A DNA stretch of 64,000 nucleotides from Galemys pyrenaicus. Lineage: Eukaryota. A model generated the notes under the pieces. It was not told the origin of the DNA. It was given only the letters and a program-made list of their open reading frames with translations, and did no database searches. The translations under genes and the position numbers were made by a program. The stretch is from NCBI GenBank assembly GCA_019455555.1, contig JAGFMF010011380.1, forward strand, positions 15,038,053 to 15,102,052, read 5' to 3'. Positions 1 to 14,068 of the stretch are shown here, piece by piece (the stretch's first letter is position 1; every line of letters starts with the position of its first letter).

Positions 1-542
1 AAATGACAGAAACTACCCACATTTACATATCATAACCTACTAACTGTGAAGTGCTGAAATAATGTAGATTAAGTGTAAGGTTAAGTTACAGGAAGAGAGA
101 AATCATAGGCATTCAGCCAAGAAAATCTCTCAGTATTTCTCTCTTTGGTCATTCTTGGATATACATGGCCTCCAATCAATTATGTAGGCAATATCACTCT
201 AAATGGATAAACCAGACTTGTATATAAGTTACTGTCTAAAGATCCTTCCAGACTCACCCCAAGTTTTTCCTGCAAGCCCTCTGTTGTGTAGCTCTGTCAG
301 AACCCCACAGCATCCTGGGCTCCTTACTTCCCATTCTACTGGACAGTGTTAATCTTCCTCTCTCATTTGTCAGATCCATGTTGATAAGTCATCAGCAATA
401 GCAACAGCCAAACTCATCCTTTATGGGCAGGGCAATAAATATCTGACATCTGGGCATAATTTATTTAGGAATAATTCAGAATGACTATGGTATATGAGAC
501 AGTACACTTTATGGCAAGAATTAAAGGATTTTCACCTAAAAC

Positions 543-664
543 CAGTCTCTCAAGCTGCACAGATGTCAGTGCAGTTAACCTTTTCACAGAAATGTAGTTT
601 GTAAAGATGTGCAAAAAACCTGATTTTTCCCAATGTTCTAAACTTAATCCAACACTGCTCTTTG
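543..664 (-). CDS. MPHOSPH8: Candidate next MPHOSPH8 exon; boundaries are uncertain and an alternative donor would end it at 620
   Basis: Phase-compatible translation is (A)KSSVGLSLEHWEKSG..., resembling human SLGMDLQLEWMK downstream of ENSD. The splice acceptor is ttgcaggtag. The similarity is weak. Confidence 0.3.
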
Positions 665-3189
665 CTACCTGCAAGAGCATGTCATCTTTGGAGGTCCACA
701 TGCTAAATCTATATTCCAGTGCCAAGGTAGCTGTAAGGGTTTGAGTAAGTCACATCAACTGGCAGTCCCTAACTTTCTGAATAACAGCAGTGTTAGTGGT
801 AAAGTAGCCAAGTATTATTAGGGAGTCTTCAATTACTTATGTGAATGAATATACTTAATCTATATACAATAACTAGCAAGAGGAGGAAACGTCACAGATG
901 AGGAAAATCAGACTTCTATTTTCCCCAGACACACACATACCAGTAATGGAGCAGCCTCATTTGTAGTGATGTGCATGACACCCCTCCCCTTCCAGTGTAA
1001 CACTACTGTATAATATGGAAACATCTGAGAAACAGGACAGATTTACACAAATCGAGATCATCTAATTTACAAGGCCGTTAGAAGTAACAGAACAGACCTT
1101 GAGCCAGATACTGCCAGAAAGCATCAAGTTACAGCTCAGACTTTTGTCTTTAACAAAACCAAGTGGCTCAAAATCCTACATTCAAGCCTGCCAAGAAATG
1201 AATTGTGACTGATTATCTAGTAGTTGTAACTTTTTATTTGTAATTTAAAAATTAGATCTATACAAGGACTTAGGAGGTGAATATCATGAAAATGTGTTGA
1301 CCTGGACCAAGACCTAGTCTACATTATGTGACTGTGATCGTGAAGCTCTGGTTGTGTGTGATGGGGAGAAGGGGGATTACCCCAAACATCCAATCATCAA
1401 CGCTCACACAGTTGGGTGTTAGCAGATTCCACAGGTGAAGGACTCAGTCCTACAAGATTCACCCTCTCAATATACACTGTACAAAAAATGAAAAATAATG
1501 TAAAATATATATAAAATTTTTTAAAAAAAGATTCACCCTCTCACCTCCAAAGACACTCAGACCCCAGATCCAAGTTTGTGATCCTGGCTGGCTATAGATC
1601 AGTTTCTCACAAGTCCCTCCTTGGGTCAGATTAATTTCCCCCAGCATCTCACAGAACCCAGAGAAACATTTTACTTACTAGATTACCAGTTTATTATAAA
1701 AAGATGTAATGCAGGATTCTAAAAAAATATAATGAGTCAGATGAAAGATGCATAGAGAATGGGGTCAGAGGTATAGCACTTCCCTGGGTTAGATGTTGGC
1801 CCCTCTCCCCTCCCTGGATGTCCCTTAATTATGTACCTAGTTCCTCCTCAACAAACCCCCTTCCTTAAGTTACCAAAGGGCTTTCAAGTGGTCACCACAT
1901 TAACAAAAACAAAATACCTATTGCTTCCAAATTAATTTTGTGTCAACCTAACAGGGCTAAGGGATGCCCAGAGAGCAGGTAAACTGTTATTTTGGGATAT
2001 GTCTGTAGAGTGTTTCTAGAAAAAGTTAGCATTTTAATTTATTGACAAAAAACATGCAACCTCATTTTTGTGGGCCTATATTATTCAATGGGCAGGAAAA
2101 GGGGGTTTTCTCTTTTTGAGCTAGTAAGGCTATCTTCTGTCCCAAAGACTTCAGGGCTCCCAGTTCTTGGGCTTTCAGAGTCGGGGCTTACACCATCATC
2201 AGCAATCTGGTCCTCAGGCTTTTAGTCTTAGACTAAATGGCACTACCAGCTTTCCTGGGTTTCCAGGTTGCATACTGTGGGGATTTCATACCACCATAAT
2301 CACAAAAGCAAATTCCTCATAATAAATCTCTTTTTTTTTCTGGAGGACTCGAACACAGTAATAGTTCAGACTGCAAAAACTCTTTAAATATTTTGGGTAT
2401 TCCTTTTTACTTTGATGAATGGAACTTACTTTTAGTCAACGTTATCATTTCTTTTCTGGTGTTTTTAGTGTCTTAAGGAATATTTCCCTACCTACAAGGT
2501 CATAAAGATACTACTCTTTGTTCTCTTAACATCTAATATTTAACTGTCCTCTTTTTTTAAAGGCCTTAATCTGGGAGGATTGATTTTCCTTTATATTTTT
2601 TTCAAATGAACAAACAATTTTCCTCACTCTATGGATACAGTTCATCCTCCCCTGTACAACTATGTTGCCACTTTTGCCATTTACCTGGTTTTTGTATCTG
2701 TGAGGGTCTGATATGGAAGCATCCTTTATGTTCACTACCTAATCTACCTTCCCTATGCCAAGTAATACTGTATTGGCTGCTACAGCTTTACAGTTGCTTT
2801 TGATTACTATTGGGGAAGTTGGTTTTTGGTTCTTCCTTAGTCTTCCATATACATTTTAGAATCAGTATATACCTATCTGGGGATTTTCTGATCATCTGAT
2901 CAGAAAGGGATCAAAGAATTTAACAAGGAGGCAAGCTATCCAGATAGGGCTTCATTACACTTATGCTTGAGCATAAAGGAGGCAGCTTTGAAGGAGAAAG
3001 TTTCCAGGCAACCTCCCTGAAGGGAGTTAGGAAAGACTTTTTTTTTTAAATAGAAATCTATTTATTTGTGTGTATATTTACACATATAGATATCTGTATA
3101 TATAAAATTTTTCCAGCATTATCTATTTAATAGATTATTTTTCCCCATTGAAATGTCTTTGAACCTTTGTTTAAAAACACTTGTCTAAA

Positions 3190-3350
3190 AACTTGTAGGC
3201 AAACCACAGAACTAAGGCATATAGCAGGGGAGAGGGAGGGAGAAGAGTCAGAACAGGGGAGAGAAGGGCACAAGGGTGTACTATGGTGATGTTTCATGGG
3301 TGATGTAAGCAAGAACAAATAAATACATAAAATAAAAAACCAATGTATAC
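3190..3350 (+). mobile_element. L1 3'-end fragment
   Basis: It reads ...ggggagagggagggagaagagtcagaacaggggagagaagggcacaagggtgtactatggtgatg...aaataaaaaacc. This is the same stereotyped L1 3'UTR terminus seen at 11150, 13590 and 35620. Confidence 0.5.
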
Positions 3351-4962
3351 CCCTATTGTCTTCTCGGTTACTCCACTGATTTGTCTATCTCTGTCTCAAT
3401 ATTACAGTGTTTAAGTCTTAAAACCAGGTAGTAAATTATTGCACCAACTTTGTTCTTTTTAAAAGCTGTTTTCCTTTTCTAGGTCCTCTAATTTCCATAT
3501 GAATTAGAATAAACTGTCAATTTTTGCAGAAGCCCAATGGGATAGTCACTGGGTAACTGGTTAAGCATTTTGTCTCTAAATCAACAACTTTGAAGTCATC
3601 TGAGGGATGGGAGAAGGAAGCATGCAGGGGTAAGTCCAGGCCCCCTAAATGATCTTCAGTGATAGTGCATGGGAATGGGCTGAAGTGTTTGCTTTACAAA
3701 GCTGGAGTAGAGTGGTTTAAAATAAAAAGACCAAAATATCTGTATCTATAGATATACACACACCAAATCATCAACTGTATACCTTAAACTTAATATATAA
3801 TATGGCAGCTGTATCTCAATAAAACTGGAACTAAAAGAGTAATGTTCTACATGGAAGTATACATTTTTTTTTCTCTATTAGTTGCAATATCTCTTAAGTT
3901 TCTGAAATTCTCCTTTACATCTTCAAACAGGACATTTGCCAGATAATACTCTTTAATGCCAAATCCTTATTCCTAGAAAAGTAATGCATTTTCTTCTTTG
4001 AAACTTTCCAAAGTTCCAAAAACCTACAAAACCAGCCATGTCTTTACTTGTGTTAACAAGTAATGGACTGTAGAAATGATCTTTTTATCAACATATTTTT
4101 ACTGAGGTAATATTAGGGTGCCCCCATCAAGTATTACCATAGTGCCCCGTACCACTTCACCCATATTCCACTACCACAGATCATCGTGCTTCCTTCCCTC
4201 TTTGTTCTTTTCTCTTAGCCCCGTGTCTATTCCAAGAAATTATCTGTACTTAAGGTCCTTAAGTAAAGCTTGTCTTTATCTATTAAGTTTCTCTATATCA
4301 GAAGGGAGGGGGCGTCAGACAGGAAGACTGTCACAGAGTATATGCACCTAGACTTGGTGTTAGAATCTTAAATCTCCCTCACTCCAGCTGGGGTACATTT
4401 TAACATACTAATGAGACCTTGGTCACTCTAGGTCAGAGTCTCCATCATCTGCATATGTGGGTTCCGCTGCCAGCTCCCACAGCCTCCCAGATACTGTGAA
4501 ACACTCGTGGCAGGATATGTCTAAGTCTAGTACCTTCACTCAGTTTGGTGGGACAAGTTGTTTAAACATGTTAGACAGTGTGGCCTGCCAGCTTGTGATT
4601 TGACCCCACCTGTTTAACAGGACATTGGGCAACTCCATCCTGTCAGATTGATTTTAATTCACCTACACTATCTCAATTATCTGTAAATTCCATGAGAAAT
4701 TAAGTTGGGTTTGATTAGAATAGTGACACTACAGGCCAATATGTAGAGATGACAGATTTTTAAATTGTTTTCTATTAATGAAATGGCATACAAAGATCTT
4801 AATGTTTCAAGAATTTTTTAAAATTTTCTCCACATAGGCATTTTAATAGTCTTTTGTTTTTTTTAAGATTTTATTTATGTGTATAAGGAGGCCCATAATA
4901 CTCTTTTATGAACAATATTCTTAGCAATCATACTGCTATTGAAAATTATCTTTTAAACTGTA

Positions 4963-5222
4963 TCAGGGCATCCCTGGTGGCACAAGGGGATAAGTCACAG
5001 GACTATGAAGATATCAGCAGCCACTATAGCACGAGTTCTTCTTTCCTTGGCCAGGGAGCTGACCCACATGGTGCAGCAGACCTCTCCTGTCTCACATGCT
5101 GCTCCCCTCAGTAGTATATTTCAGTCAATTAACCTATTCTGCTCCCCACTGTCTGGTGAATTCTCTCACCCCCCACACCTCCAGCCTACACTCCAGTTCT
5201 TGTATACATAAATCTTTTTTAA
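4963..5222 (+). mobile_element. tRNA-derived SINE, subfamily A, with a divergent head
   Basis: The head reads ccctggtggcacaagggg. The body contains gacccacatggtgcagcagacctctcctg...cagtagtatatttcagtc. The tail reads cttgtatacataaatctttttt. Confidence 0.75.
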
Positions 5223-6989
5223 TAAACTAAATTGGCTGTGTAGAAATATGTATTATATAGAAATACAAATACACAGAAAGGTAGTCAAGTCATATATCCA
5301 GTCATCTTACTACCCATAATACTTCTAAGTTAGAAATTCTAGCCAATAATGGACAGTTTTCACAAAGGCTGCCTTTCATTTTCTCAGTGTCTTACAGTAT
5401 AGCTAAACCTTACTATAATATAGAATATAGAGGTAATGACAAAAGGTATCCTTATATTATTTCTGGTTTTAAAGAAATGCTCCTCAAGTTTTACCATTAC
5501 AAAAGTTATTTGACAAAGTTTTAATTTTCTTCATTGACTGAAAAAGTTCATTTAAACTAAAGTAGGGTTTTAGTTTTTTTTAATCAAGAATACTATTCAA
5601 TCAATTTCTCATTAAATTCCTAAGGAACACTCAATTCAGTAACAGGCTTTTTTTTTCAAACCCAGCTATCGATTAATTGAATTTGCTAATACTCTGTTTG
5701 GAATTTTACCTATTCATGAGTGAACTTCGCTTATCATTTTCCTTATCACAGTTTTCTTCTGATTTTGGTATTAAAGGTATAATGAGTTCACAGAATGAAT
5801 TAGTATTCTCTGTCTCTATTTAAGAAGACATTTTATAATTGTGGTAAACCTGTGCATTAAAGCCATGCGTTGTCTGGTGTTAATTCTCTAAGGTTGTTTA
5901 ACATTATTATTTCACATTCTTTAATAGCCATAAGACTATTACAATTCATATAGTTTGTTTGATCAGTTTTGTTAAATGCTATTTTTCCATTCCATACAGT
6001 TTTCAAACATATCCCAAAAAACTGCTCATAGAATTTTTCTGTTTTTTTTTAATCTGGGCATGTATTATGTCTCTGTTTTCATTGTATATGTTATTTCTTT
6101 AAGGCTTCATTCTTTTCCCTTAACCAACATACCAGGGGCTTGTCAAATTTTATCATACTTTTCAGTGAACAAAGTATGGCTTTACTGATGCTCCTGGTTA
6201 TATCTGTTTTTTACTGGTTGGTATCCCAACAGCAATGAGGTTATTTGGACAACATACTTCCAAGCTCCATGCCTACTATTCCAAGAAATTATCCCAGTGT
6301 TTCATCAGGTGAGGAATGTACAGAAAGTATGTTTTATCTAGTACCTAGCCTTTTTGGAGTAACAGGGCCATACAGACTACTTAACCTACTATATATTCTA
6401 AAATAATCAATTCCCTTCAACTAATTCTCAAGATCTACAAATTATACAAAACTTTGTCAGATTACTTTCCTTATTCTGACCTATCTAACCTCTTTTATCC
6501 TTATTATACAGAGGTATGTTTATTGCTACTGCTCACAGCTACTGCTCCCTGTATTCCAATATGAATCTACAATCCTTCTCAGCTAATTCCAATATCCTCA
6601 AGACAGAATTTATGAAATCATCTTTAGTGTTATTTACTACAAAATTAGAAAAGGACAAATACATATTTAATAATTAATCTTCCAAAATAAATTAATAAAA
6701 TATACAATGAGACTATTTGGCAAGAGTAGTTAAGGGAGAGAACAGAAACCTTTAACTTCTAAATGTGCTGAGCACATTCTAAGGACTCAAAATATTTGTT
6801 TGAAAGATTTAGAAATTATAGTTTGACCTAAGTTTTCAATATAAAAGTAATTTATTCAGGAGATTCAAATAAAATCTTCTACCTTTTTATTTTCTTATCT
6901 TGAGACCAGAATTAGAATGAAAGAGAGTAAAAGAATTTTTCACTACCTTCAAAAAATTCTGCAAGTTGATTACAAACATACATACTCAC

Positions 6990-7247
6990 CAGAATTCTCA
7001 TCCACTTGGCACACACTATCTAGAACCTCTTGATCCCCTTCTGCAGCTATATAAGCCCAAGTATCAGTTTCTTCTCTTGTATTTTTCCTTTCTTTAAATA
7101 GTTGCTTGTTTTCCTTGGTTTTCTGATCTTCTGTCATCCTACAGTCCAGTGGTGTTTCTTCTCTTTTCCGATTATTCTCAGGACCCTCAGTTTTTTCTTC
7201 TGGAGTCAATTTAAATAAATCGAATGCATTTCTAATTTCCTTAAATG
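6990..7247 (-). CDS. MPHOSPH8: MPHOSPH8 exon 5
   Basis: It encodes (T)FKEIRNAFDLFKLTPEEKTEGPENNRKREE...TDTWAYIAAEGDQEVLDSVCQVDENS. This matches human LKEIRNAFDLFKLTPEEK...WAYIAAEGDQEVLDSVCQADENS. The splice acceptor is tttcactag and the donor is gtgagtatg. Confidence 0.75.
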
Positions 7248-7930
7248 CTAGTGAAAAAAATAAAGTGAATGGTCAATATGAACAAGAAATTTCAGTTCTA
7301 ATCAAAAGAAAATCTGGCCCACTGTTAAAGAAACGTATTTCTAATTTTGACCAAAATTTGCCTTGCTTATTAAGGAGGGTCATATTTACTATCGAAGCCA
7401 TATTTACTATTATAGCTGTTTAAACTAATCTTCCTATTGGCTGCTCCATATTTATATTGAAGGGGTGTCCAAAGCAAAAGATTATTGACACAGCTTTTGG
7501 GAGAAAACCCAATGGAAATTACCCATCATTTAGCATCACTGCTTCCATGAGATCACATGTTCCCATTATATTTGCTCCATGAACTAAAATATCTGTTGGC
7601 GCTTATTCAAACACTGTAATGGTGAATGATTAACAAATACTTGCTCCAGTATTGAAATGTGGAGTTTCAATTATAGTACATCTTGACATGCTCTAAGACA
7701 TATACTTGATATTATATTCATACAAATGACAAGTACAATAAATGTATTAAACAAAAGTTTGTTTTATTTAGCATCCGCCATAATAAAAGACTTTCCTACC
7801 AAATAATTCCTGTCTCTGAAATTCTAACACACTCTATCATTCTCAAAAGGAGAATGAACAAGGTAAAGAGAGGTAGAAATTTATTACAGAAACAATATAA
7901 ACTGTTAAATAATAAAATTTAGGTTAACTG

Positions 7931-8200
7931 GGGCCTCCCTGGTGGTGCAAGAGGTTGAACGCTGTGCTTTGAGGCTCCTGCAGCCACTTGTAGCACAAGT
8001 TCAATCCCCATCCGGGGAGGAGACCCACATGGCATAGCAGACCTCGCCTGCCTCACTCGCTGCTCTCCTCAGCAGTGTATTTCAGTGGATCTGCCTGTTC
8101 TGCTCCCTACTGTCTTTGGTGAATCCTCTCACCCCCCACATCTCTGGCCTGTACCCCAGCTTTTGTATGCATAACAAAATCTTAAAAAAACAAAAATTGA
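7931..8200 (+). mobile_element. tRNA-derived SINE, subfamily A
   Basis: The head reads ggggcctccctggtggtgcaagagg. The body carries the family sequence and the tail reads tgcataacaaaatcttaaaaaaa. Confidence 0.8.
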
Positions 8201-8362
8201 GGCAACTGGTTAAAGAAACTAAGATTTAAAATATCCAAGTAATGAAAACGTTCAGTGGTATGACATTACAAGTTGGAAAATAGAGATTATCTTGACAGTA
8301 AATTAAATTCTTTCTGCAAAGATGGCAATGTTAAATGGTAATATGTTAGTATTCACACTCAC

Positions 8363-8462
8363 TCTTTAATCCCTTTAGTTCTTTACGGCCTTTTTCTTCC
8401 TTGTTGAAATCAAGCCTTTTCTGGTATTTTTCTTTGGGTTCATGTTTTTTGGTCTCTTTCTC
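8363..8462 (-). CDS. MPHOSPH8: MPHOSPH8 exon 4
   Basis: It encodes EKETKKHEPKEKYQKRLDFNKEEKGRKELKGLK plus one nucleotide. The splice acceptor is tctctttcag and the donor is gtgagtgtg. Confidence 0.7.
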
Positions 8463-9432
8463 CTGAAAGAGACATATATAAGATTCAAAACAAGAACAGA
8501 TAACATGCTGATACAGAACACCTGAAAATTGGAAAGTGGTTTCCTAGCATCTTGACTACCTCTGTGTAGTGTAGCAAGTGACCAATGACTAGTACATCTC
8601 GCTTCATATAAACTATTTCCTTAATCAAGACTATCCCCTCAATTAAGACAATTTTAAAAATATCAATTTCAATACCTAATAACAGTTTCCTTTTAGGAAA
8701 TGCAAGAATTTTTTTATTAAAAATAAACAAAATTAAAAGTCACCTAATGTCCTACTAAACAAATGACTATCTTTATTTCTTTATAATCTCCCTTTGTAAT
8801 TTTGCATATTTCAATAGCTAAATTAAACCTTTTAAAGCCTTTGACAAATATTGTGTATCTGAATACTTTAATAATGTAGAACTTACATAAAAATTTGAAA
8901 ACTTCTATAAAATAATTTTTGTAACAATAGGATACACTATTGAACCTATAGTATTAACACATCCTATAAAATTTTTAGTTAAAAGTGGCATTTTCTTGAG
9001 GCAACATGGGGAAATATCAAGTAGGATGTAAAAAGCTGGTAAGCCAGCTGATGAAGCTGTAAGCACTACTACACAATGCAACATACCACCTGAGTAGCTC
9101 TAAAAATACATCGTCATTTTCATTCTACAAGTTAGCCCTCACTTTTCGATGTATACTTAGTCTACAAGAAACCAAGTCTGAAGACAAAGTGAGAGGCTGA
9201 GAAGATACAAAGCTAGATAATTTTCAGCATTTATAACTTCCTATTACTAATCACATACTAAGTTAACTGCTTAATGACAGAGAAGCTAGTCTTAATTTGT
9301 TCCACAATTTCTTCATTATTTGTAAAATATCTTGGTCACTCACAGGAATGCTAATTTGATTTAAACAATTTGGTTATCTCAAAGATTCTAACCACTGAAC
9401 TTCATCAAACCCTGCTTCTGCCCAGTACTCAC

Positions 9433-10281
9433 CTCCCCAGCAGAGTCGGTGGACCCTGTGCCTCTCTCACCCCCAGCCACTCTCAAACTCCTTGGTGCTT
9501 GCGCAGATGCAAAAGGTGGCTTATCTAACTCTGCAGTACTTTTGCCTTTGTCTTGGTTTCTTTGCTTTTTATGTATATTTTTCTTATCTAAGAAAAGATT
9601 CTTGTTTTCCTGTGTCTTGCTCTCTTTAAATTCCTCGGTCTTTCTCAGTTTCTTTTGTTTTCTCTTTGCTTTGACATCGCTGTCCTCATCAGCACTTACA
9701 GAGCCTTCAATTTGTGTATCAACAGCAGTAGCTTGTATTGCGTCTTGCCCTGCTTTCTCCCTTGCACTTTTAATCTTATGTTTCTCTTCTCCATTGTCAG
9801 AATATACATCTTCACTGTCATCTTCTTGAAAAGGGGAGTCATTAAGTACAGTTGATTCAGATTCCAACTGAGAATCAACACATTTCTCTTTTTTTGTTTT
9901 TCTGTTTTCTTTGGAATCTTCCTTTATTTTAGTCTTTAAATCTCGTATTTCTCCCACCCTTTTAACTTTCTTTAATTCCCTTTCTTTCACGTCATCTTTT
10001 TTGGGTTTTTTTGGTTCCTTTACTTCTTCTTTGGTTTCCAGAATTCTTTTCTTTGTTCTTAAATCAAAAACTAAATTTTCAAAGGAACTCTCTAGTTCTG
10101 CTTTGGATTTATCTTTTAGTTTCCCAGTCTTTGCCTTTTTCTTTTTCGGATCATCTGGACTTTTTTCTTCTCTATACCTCAATTTTTTCTTTTTCTTCTT
10201 TGGGGACGCATCTTCTTTTGTCTCACTTTGCTCATCGCTATCAGAGTTTGCCTCAAATATGTCATTGTTTAAGGATAGTCT
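9433..10281 (-). CDS. MPHOSPH8: MPHOSPH8 exon 3 (large Lys/Glu-rich disordered region)
   Basis: 849 bp (283 codons) reading RLSLNNDIFEANSDSDEQSETKEDASPKKKKKKLRYREEKSPDD...STDSAGE. It is collinear with human MPP8 residues ~120-400 as recalled. The splice acceptor is tttgtag and the donor is gtgagtact. Confidence 0.8.
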
Positions 10282-10838
10282 CTACAAAATGTAAAAAAAA
10301 AGATTTAAAAACTCATTAACACGGTCATTTTAAAGGTTTGAAATAGTACTAGGGAAATTTGACAGAAAATTTTTATCAAGCAGTTTCTCAACTTCTTAAA
10401 ATTACTCACCTAAACTGAAATTGTAAAATACTATATATCTGATTTGACAAACAGGTTTTGGGGGTGATGACAAGCATCAATTTTTAAGAAAGCAGATAAA
10501 TATTGACAGAAGAACAGAAAATGTCAGTGCTGCTGTAGGCCAAAAGTAACATTAATAGTCTTATGTATGAAGGTTGTACATGATCTCAACTTCAAAGTTT
10601 CCTAAAATGCTAAGGAAATAATTTGTACAGACCTCTTGTTTTCCAATAAAATAACTATCAATTCAAACAAACGTCTCTTTGAAGACTGTGGGTCTCAAAA
10701 TGTATTTAAACTTGCTTCAATTATATATGGAACACCAAGACTCACTAAAATCTTGCGCCCTTTAGTTTCACTTATAGTAGCAATATAGGGGACCCAAATA
10801 AGGGAGCAGGGAAAAAAAAAAAAAAAAAGTAAAAAACA

Positions 10839-11103
10839 GGTCTTCCTGGTGGCGTAGTGGGTTGAGCGCCGCACTGTGAAGCTTCCGCAGCACAGCAGCG
10901 CCAGTTTGATCCCCGGCCAGGGAGTGACCCACATGGTGCAGCAGACCTCTCCTGCCTCGCCCGCTGCTCCCCTCAACAGTGTATTTCAGTCGATCTGCCT
11001 GTTATGCTCCCCACTCTGTCTCTGGTAAATCTTCTCACATCCCGTGACTCTGGCCTGTACCCCAGATCTTGTGTGCATAAATAAATCAATCTTAAAAAAA
11101 AAA
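10839..11103 (+). mobile_element. tRNA-derived SINE, subfamily A
   Basis: The head reads ggtcttcctggtggcgtagtgggttgagcgcc. The tail reads gcataaataaatcaatcttaaaaaaaaa. It is inserted into an L1 3' end. Confidence 0.8.
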
Positions 11104-11149
11104 AAAGTAAAAAACAAAACAAAACAAGCAACCATAAATCATAAACATT

Positions 11150-11345
11150 CTGGAGGGGAAGAGGAAGGAGGAGGATCAAAACAAGGTGGGAAGAATACAA
11201 GGGACTATGGTGATGGTGCACAGGTGACTTGGTGGTGGGAATTCTATGGGGACAACACCTGAGAAAAGCAAGCAAACATCATACAAAAATGAAAAATGAT
11301 GTAAAGTATATATAAATTAAATTATAAATTAAAAAAATTTTTTGC
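11150..11345 (+). mobile_element. L1 3'-end fragment
   Basis: It reads ggaggggaagaggaaggagg...caagggactatggtgatggtgcacaggtgacttggtggtggga...acaaaaatgaaaaatgatgtaaagtatatataaa. Confidence 0.5.
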
Positions 11346-12419
11346 ATGCTCAAGTGCTCCTATAATGAAGAAGGCTGCTCAGGAGTCATGACGCTAAAAA
11401 CTAACCTATTTACCTCTGTGGCTTACAAAATTTTGGGAAAAGTAATTTTATGTACATTTAAGTTAAAAAAAAAAGAGAACAAGAAAACAGAATGACTATC
11501 AAAAAAAACTAAAGCCTGTCAGAAAGACATCTACTTATAAAACAATAGAAAAACCACAAAACTTGGAGGCATCAGGCAAAATAGCCAAAGATATGCAGAT
11601 TAGCTCCAGATAGTAATATTTTATACCAGATGATACTGAAATAACATTAAGATATTAAAAAATATAAAGTGTGAGCCAAGTAATTTATTAAATCCAGTCA
11701 AACTGAATTTAAGTAAAACTTTAAAACATGCCAATAAATTATCATAAAATACAAGAAATCTGGGAATTTTGTTCTCAGAAGACTTTCTACTATAGAGGTG
11801 ATTCTACAGCCAAAGCAGAACATCAGAACAACAGAGGGCTTGCCAAAACACACAGGTGGCTAGTATGCAAGCAGATTGCAGTAAAACAAAGTCAAACCAC
11901 CCTAAGGGAAAAAAAGTCAACCACAACACACATTAGGAACAACTGCCATAAGAAAGGAAAAAGTTAAGTAAATACTGTTGAAAGACACCAGAGTGGAGGG
12001 TGCCTGCTGTGAAGAGTCCTCACAGTTGCTGACTAAGATACAGGCCAGAAGCAGGGCCTCCTGAAAACAGGCACTGCACTGTATAAAGTGGTGCTTGAGT
12101 TGGCTCTCAGGATGGTGACCTGCAGGGGTGGGGGCTCAGATTGAGGATTTCTGGTTAGAGCGGAGGCTCTAAATATAGAACAGCTGAGCCTAAATGGGAC
12201 TGAGAAAAAGAATGCCTTCTCTTCTGGTAAAACAACTTCCAATTTTGATGGGTGAAAAGAGTTAAGAGATGGACATTATATTATGACTAAGGGTCTAATA
12301 CAACAGGAAAAAATAACACTCAAGTACACAGCCAAATGATGGAGCACAGGGATACTTCAACACAACAGTAAAACTAAAGAGATTGATGACACCAAAATAT
12401 TAGAGAAATTTAATACAAT

Positions 12420-13275
12420 AGGTCAACAAAACAATGAATAAGGAAACAATAAGATTTAATGAGAAGCTAGACAAAATAGATCTAACAGCTACAGAAACAT
12501 TCCACTTGCATACATTTTAAGTGCACATGAACATTTTCCCTTACATTGGAACACAAGCCAATTGTCAATAAAATTACGAAGACTGAAATTATACCAGTAT
12601 CTTTGACCATAATGCCATAAAGTCAGAAATTAAGTGTAAGAAAAACAATGACTATATGGAGACAAAAACAAGCTATTTAATACAGCTGTGGATAAAAGAA
12701 AGCAAAAAAGTTACAAAGAAAATACACTGAGAAAAGTTACAAAGTTACAAAGCAGAAGTTACAAAGAAAATACATTGAGAAAAGTGAAAATTATGCTGTA
12801 AGCTAATTTGGGAATGCAAACTGGTCCAAACACTATGGAAAGCTGTGTAGAGGTTACTCAAACTACTAAAAATGAAGCTTCCCTATCTATGACTCAGCAA
12901 TTCCACATCTGAGGGATCTACCCAAAGGACACAAAAACATTAAACCAAAAGGACACCTGCACTCTATGTTTATAGCAGCCCTATTTACAATAGGTAAGAC
13001 ATAGAAACAACTCAAATGCCCAAAAATAAATAACTGGACCAAGTAGGCATGGTATATATTACACAGTGGGATACTATTCAGCAATCAAAAAAGATAAACT
13101 CATGCCATTTGGAGCAACATGGATGGAACTGGAAGGGATTATGCTCAGTTAAGTAAGTCAGAAGGAAAAAGAAATATATCTATTGTTTTACTTATAGGAG
13201 GTATATAGGGGAACCAATTAAGGGCCAAGGGAGGAAAATAATTATAATAAAAAACAAAATCAACACGCAACTTTT
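12420..13275 (+). mobile_element. L1 ORF2 3' region (5'-truncated LINE-1)
   Basis: Translation gives typical L1 ORF2 C-terminal peptides such as ...IDLTATETFHL..., ...YTSIFDHNAIK... and ...LYVYSSPIYNR..IETTQMPKNK.LDQVGMVYITQWDTIQQ.KK.NSCHLEQHGWNWKGL.... It ends in an A-rich tail. There is an internal duplication at 12700-12790. Confidence 0.6.
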
Positions 13276-13279
13276 TGTT

Positions 13280-13548
13280 TTTTTAAAGATTTATTTATTT
13301 ATGCAGACAAGAGCTGGGGTACAAGCAAGAGTCGTGGAAGGTAAGAGGATTCACCAGAAAGAGAGTGGGGAGCAGAACAGGCAGATCGGCTGAAAAACAC
13401 TGCTGAGGGGAACAGCGGGCAAGGAAGGAGAGGTCTGCTGCGCCATGTGGGTCCCCTCCCTGGCTGGGAATCGAGCTCTCGCTGCTGTGCAGCAGATGCT
13501 TCACAGAGCAACGCTCAATTTGCTGCGCCACCAGGGAGGCCCTTAACA
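13280..13548 (-). mobile_element. tRNA-derived SINE, subfamily A
   Basis: On the plus strand it starts with the tail complement aaagatttatttatttatgcagacaagagctggggtac. It ends with ccaccagggaggccc. Confidence 0.8.
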
Positions 13549-13589
13549 GGCAACTATTAATCAGAGACACTTTGCTGGGGAAGAGGTGG

Positions 13590-13785
13590 GAGAATGATCA
13601 AAACAGGGGAGGAATGTGTTTTTTACACAAGGGACCATGGTGATGGTGCATGGGTGAAATGGTGATGAGAATTTTTCAGGACTACATCTAAAGGGAGAAA
13701 GCATGCACTGTACAAAAAAGAAAACCAATGCAAAAATCTATATAAAATAAAAAAAGGAGGAAACCATTTTTAAAAAAGAATTACT
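13590..13785 (+). mobile_element. L1 3'-end fragment
   Basis: It reads ggtgggagaatgatcaaaacaggggaggaatg...caagggaccatggtgatggtgcatgggtgaaatggtgatg...tacaaaaaagaaaaccaatgcaaaaatctatataaaataaaaaaagg. Confidence 0.5.
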
Positions 13786-13865
13786 TTATTATAGTTAAAA
13801 ATAAAGTATGATACTTTATTATGCTTAATAATAAAACTTTATTACTTTATAATAAGTAATAATTA

Positions 13866-14068
13866 TTTATTTATTTTGCGTAGAAGAACTGGGATGTGTA
13901 GGCCAGAGGTGTAGGGAGTGAGAGGATTTACCAGAGACAGAGTTGGGTACAGTGGGCGTGACAGGAGAGGCCTGCTGTGCCATATGGGTCAGCTCCCTGG
14001 TTGAGACTGAACTCAGGCCATTGCAGGGTACCACTGAGACTTATTAACTCCTAGGTCATTAGGGAGGC
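13866..14068 (-). mobile_element. tRNA-derived SINE, subfamily B, short variant
   Basis: It runs from tattttgcgtagaagaactggg to cattagggaggccc. It lacks the central ~60 bp. Confidence 0.6.

Noticed and set aside
9449-10319. Several plus-strand ORFs (126, 66, 127 and 102 aa) antisense to MPHOSPH8 exon 3
   Set aside because: They are Ser/Phe/Leu-rich mirror-frame artefacts of the Lys/Glu-rich (AAG/GAA-rich) coding exon on the other strand.
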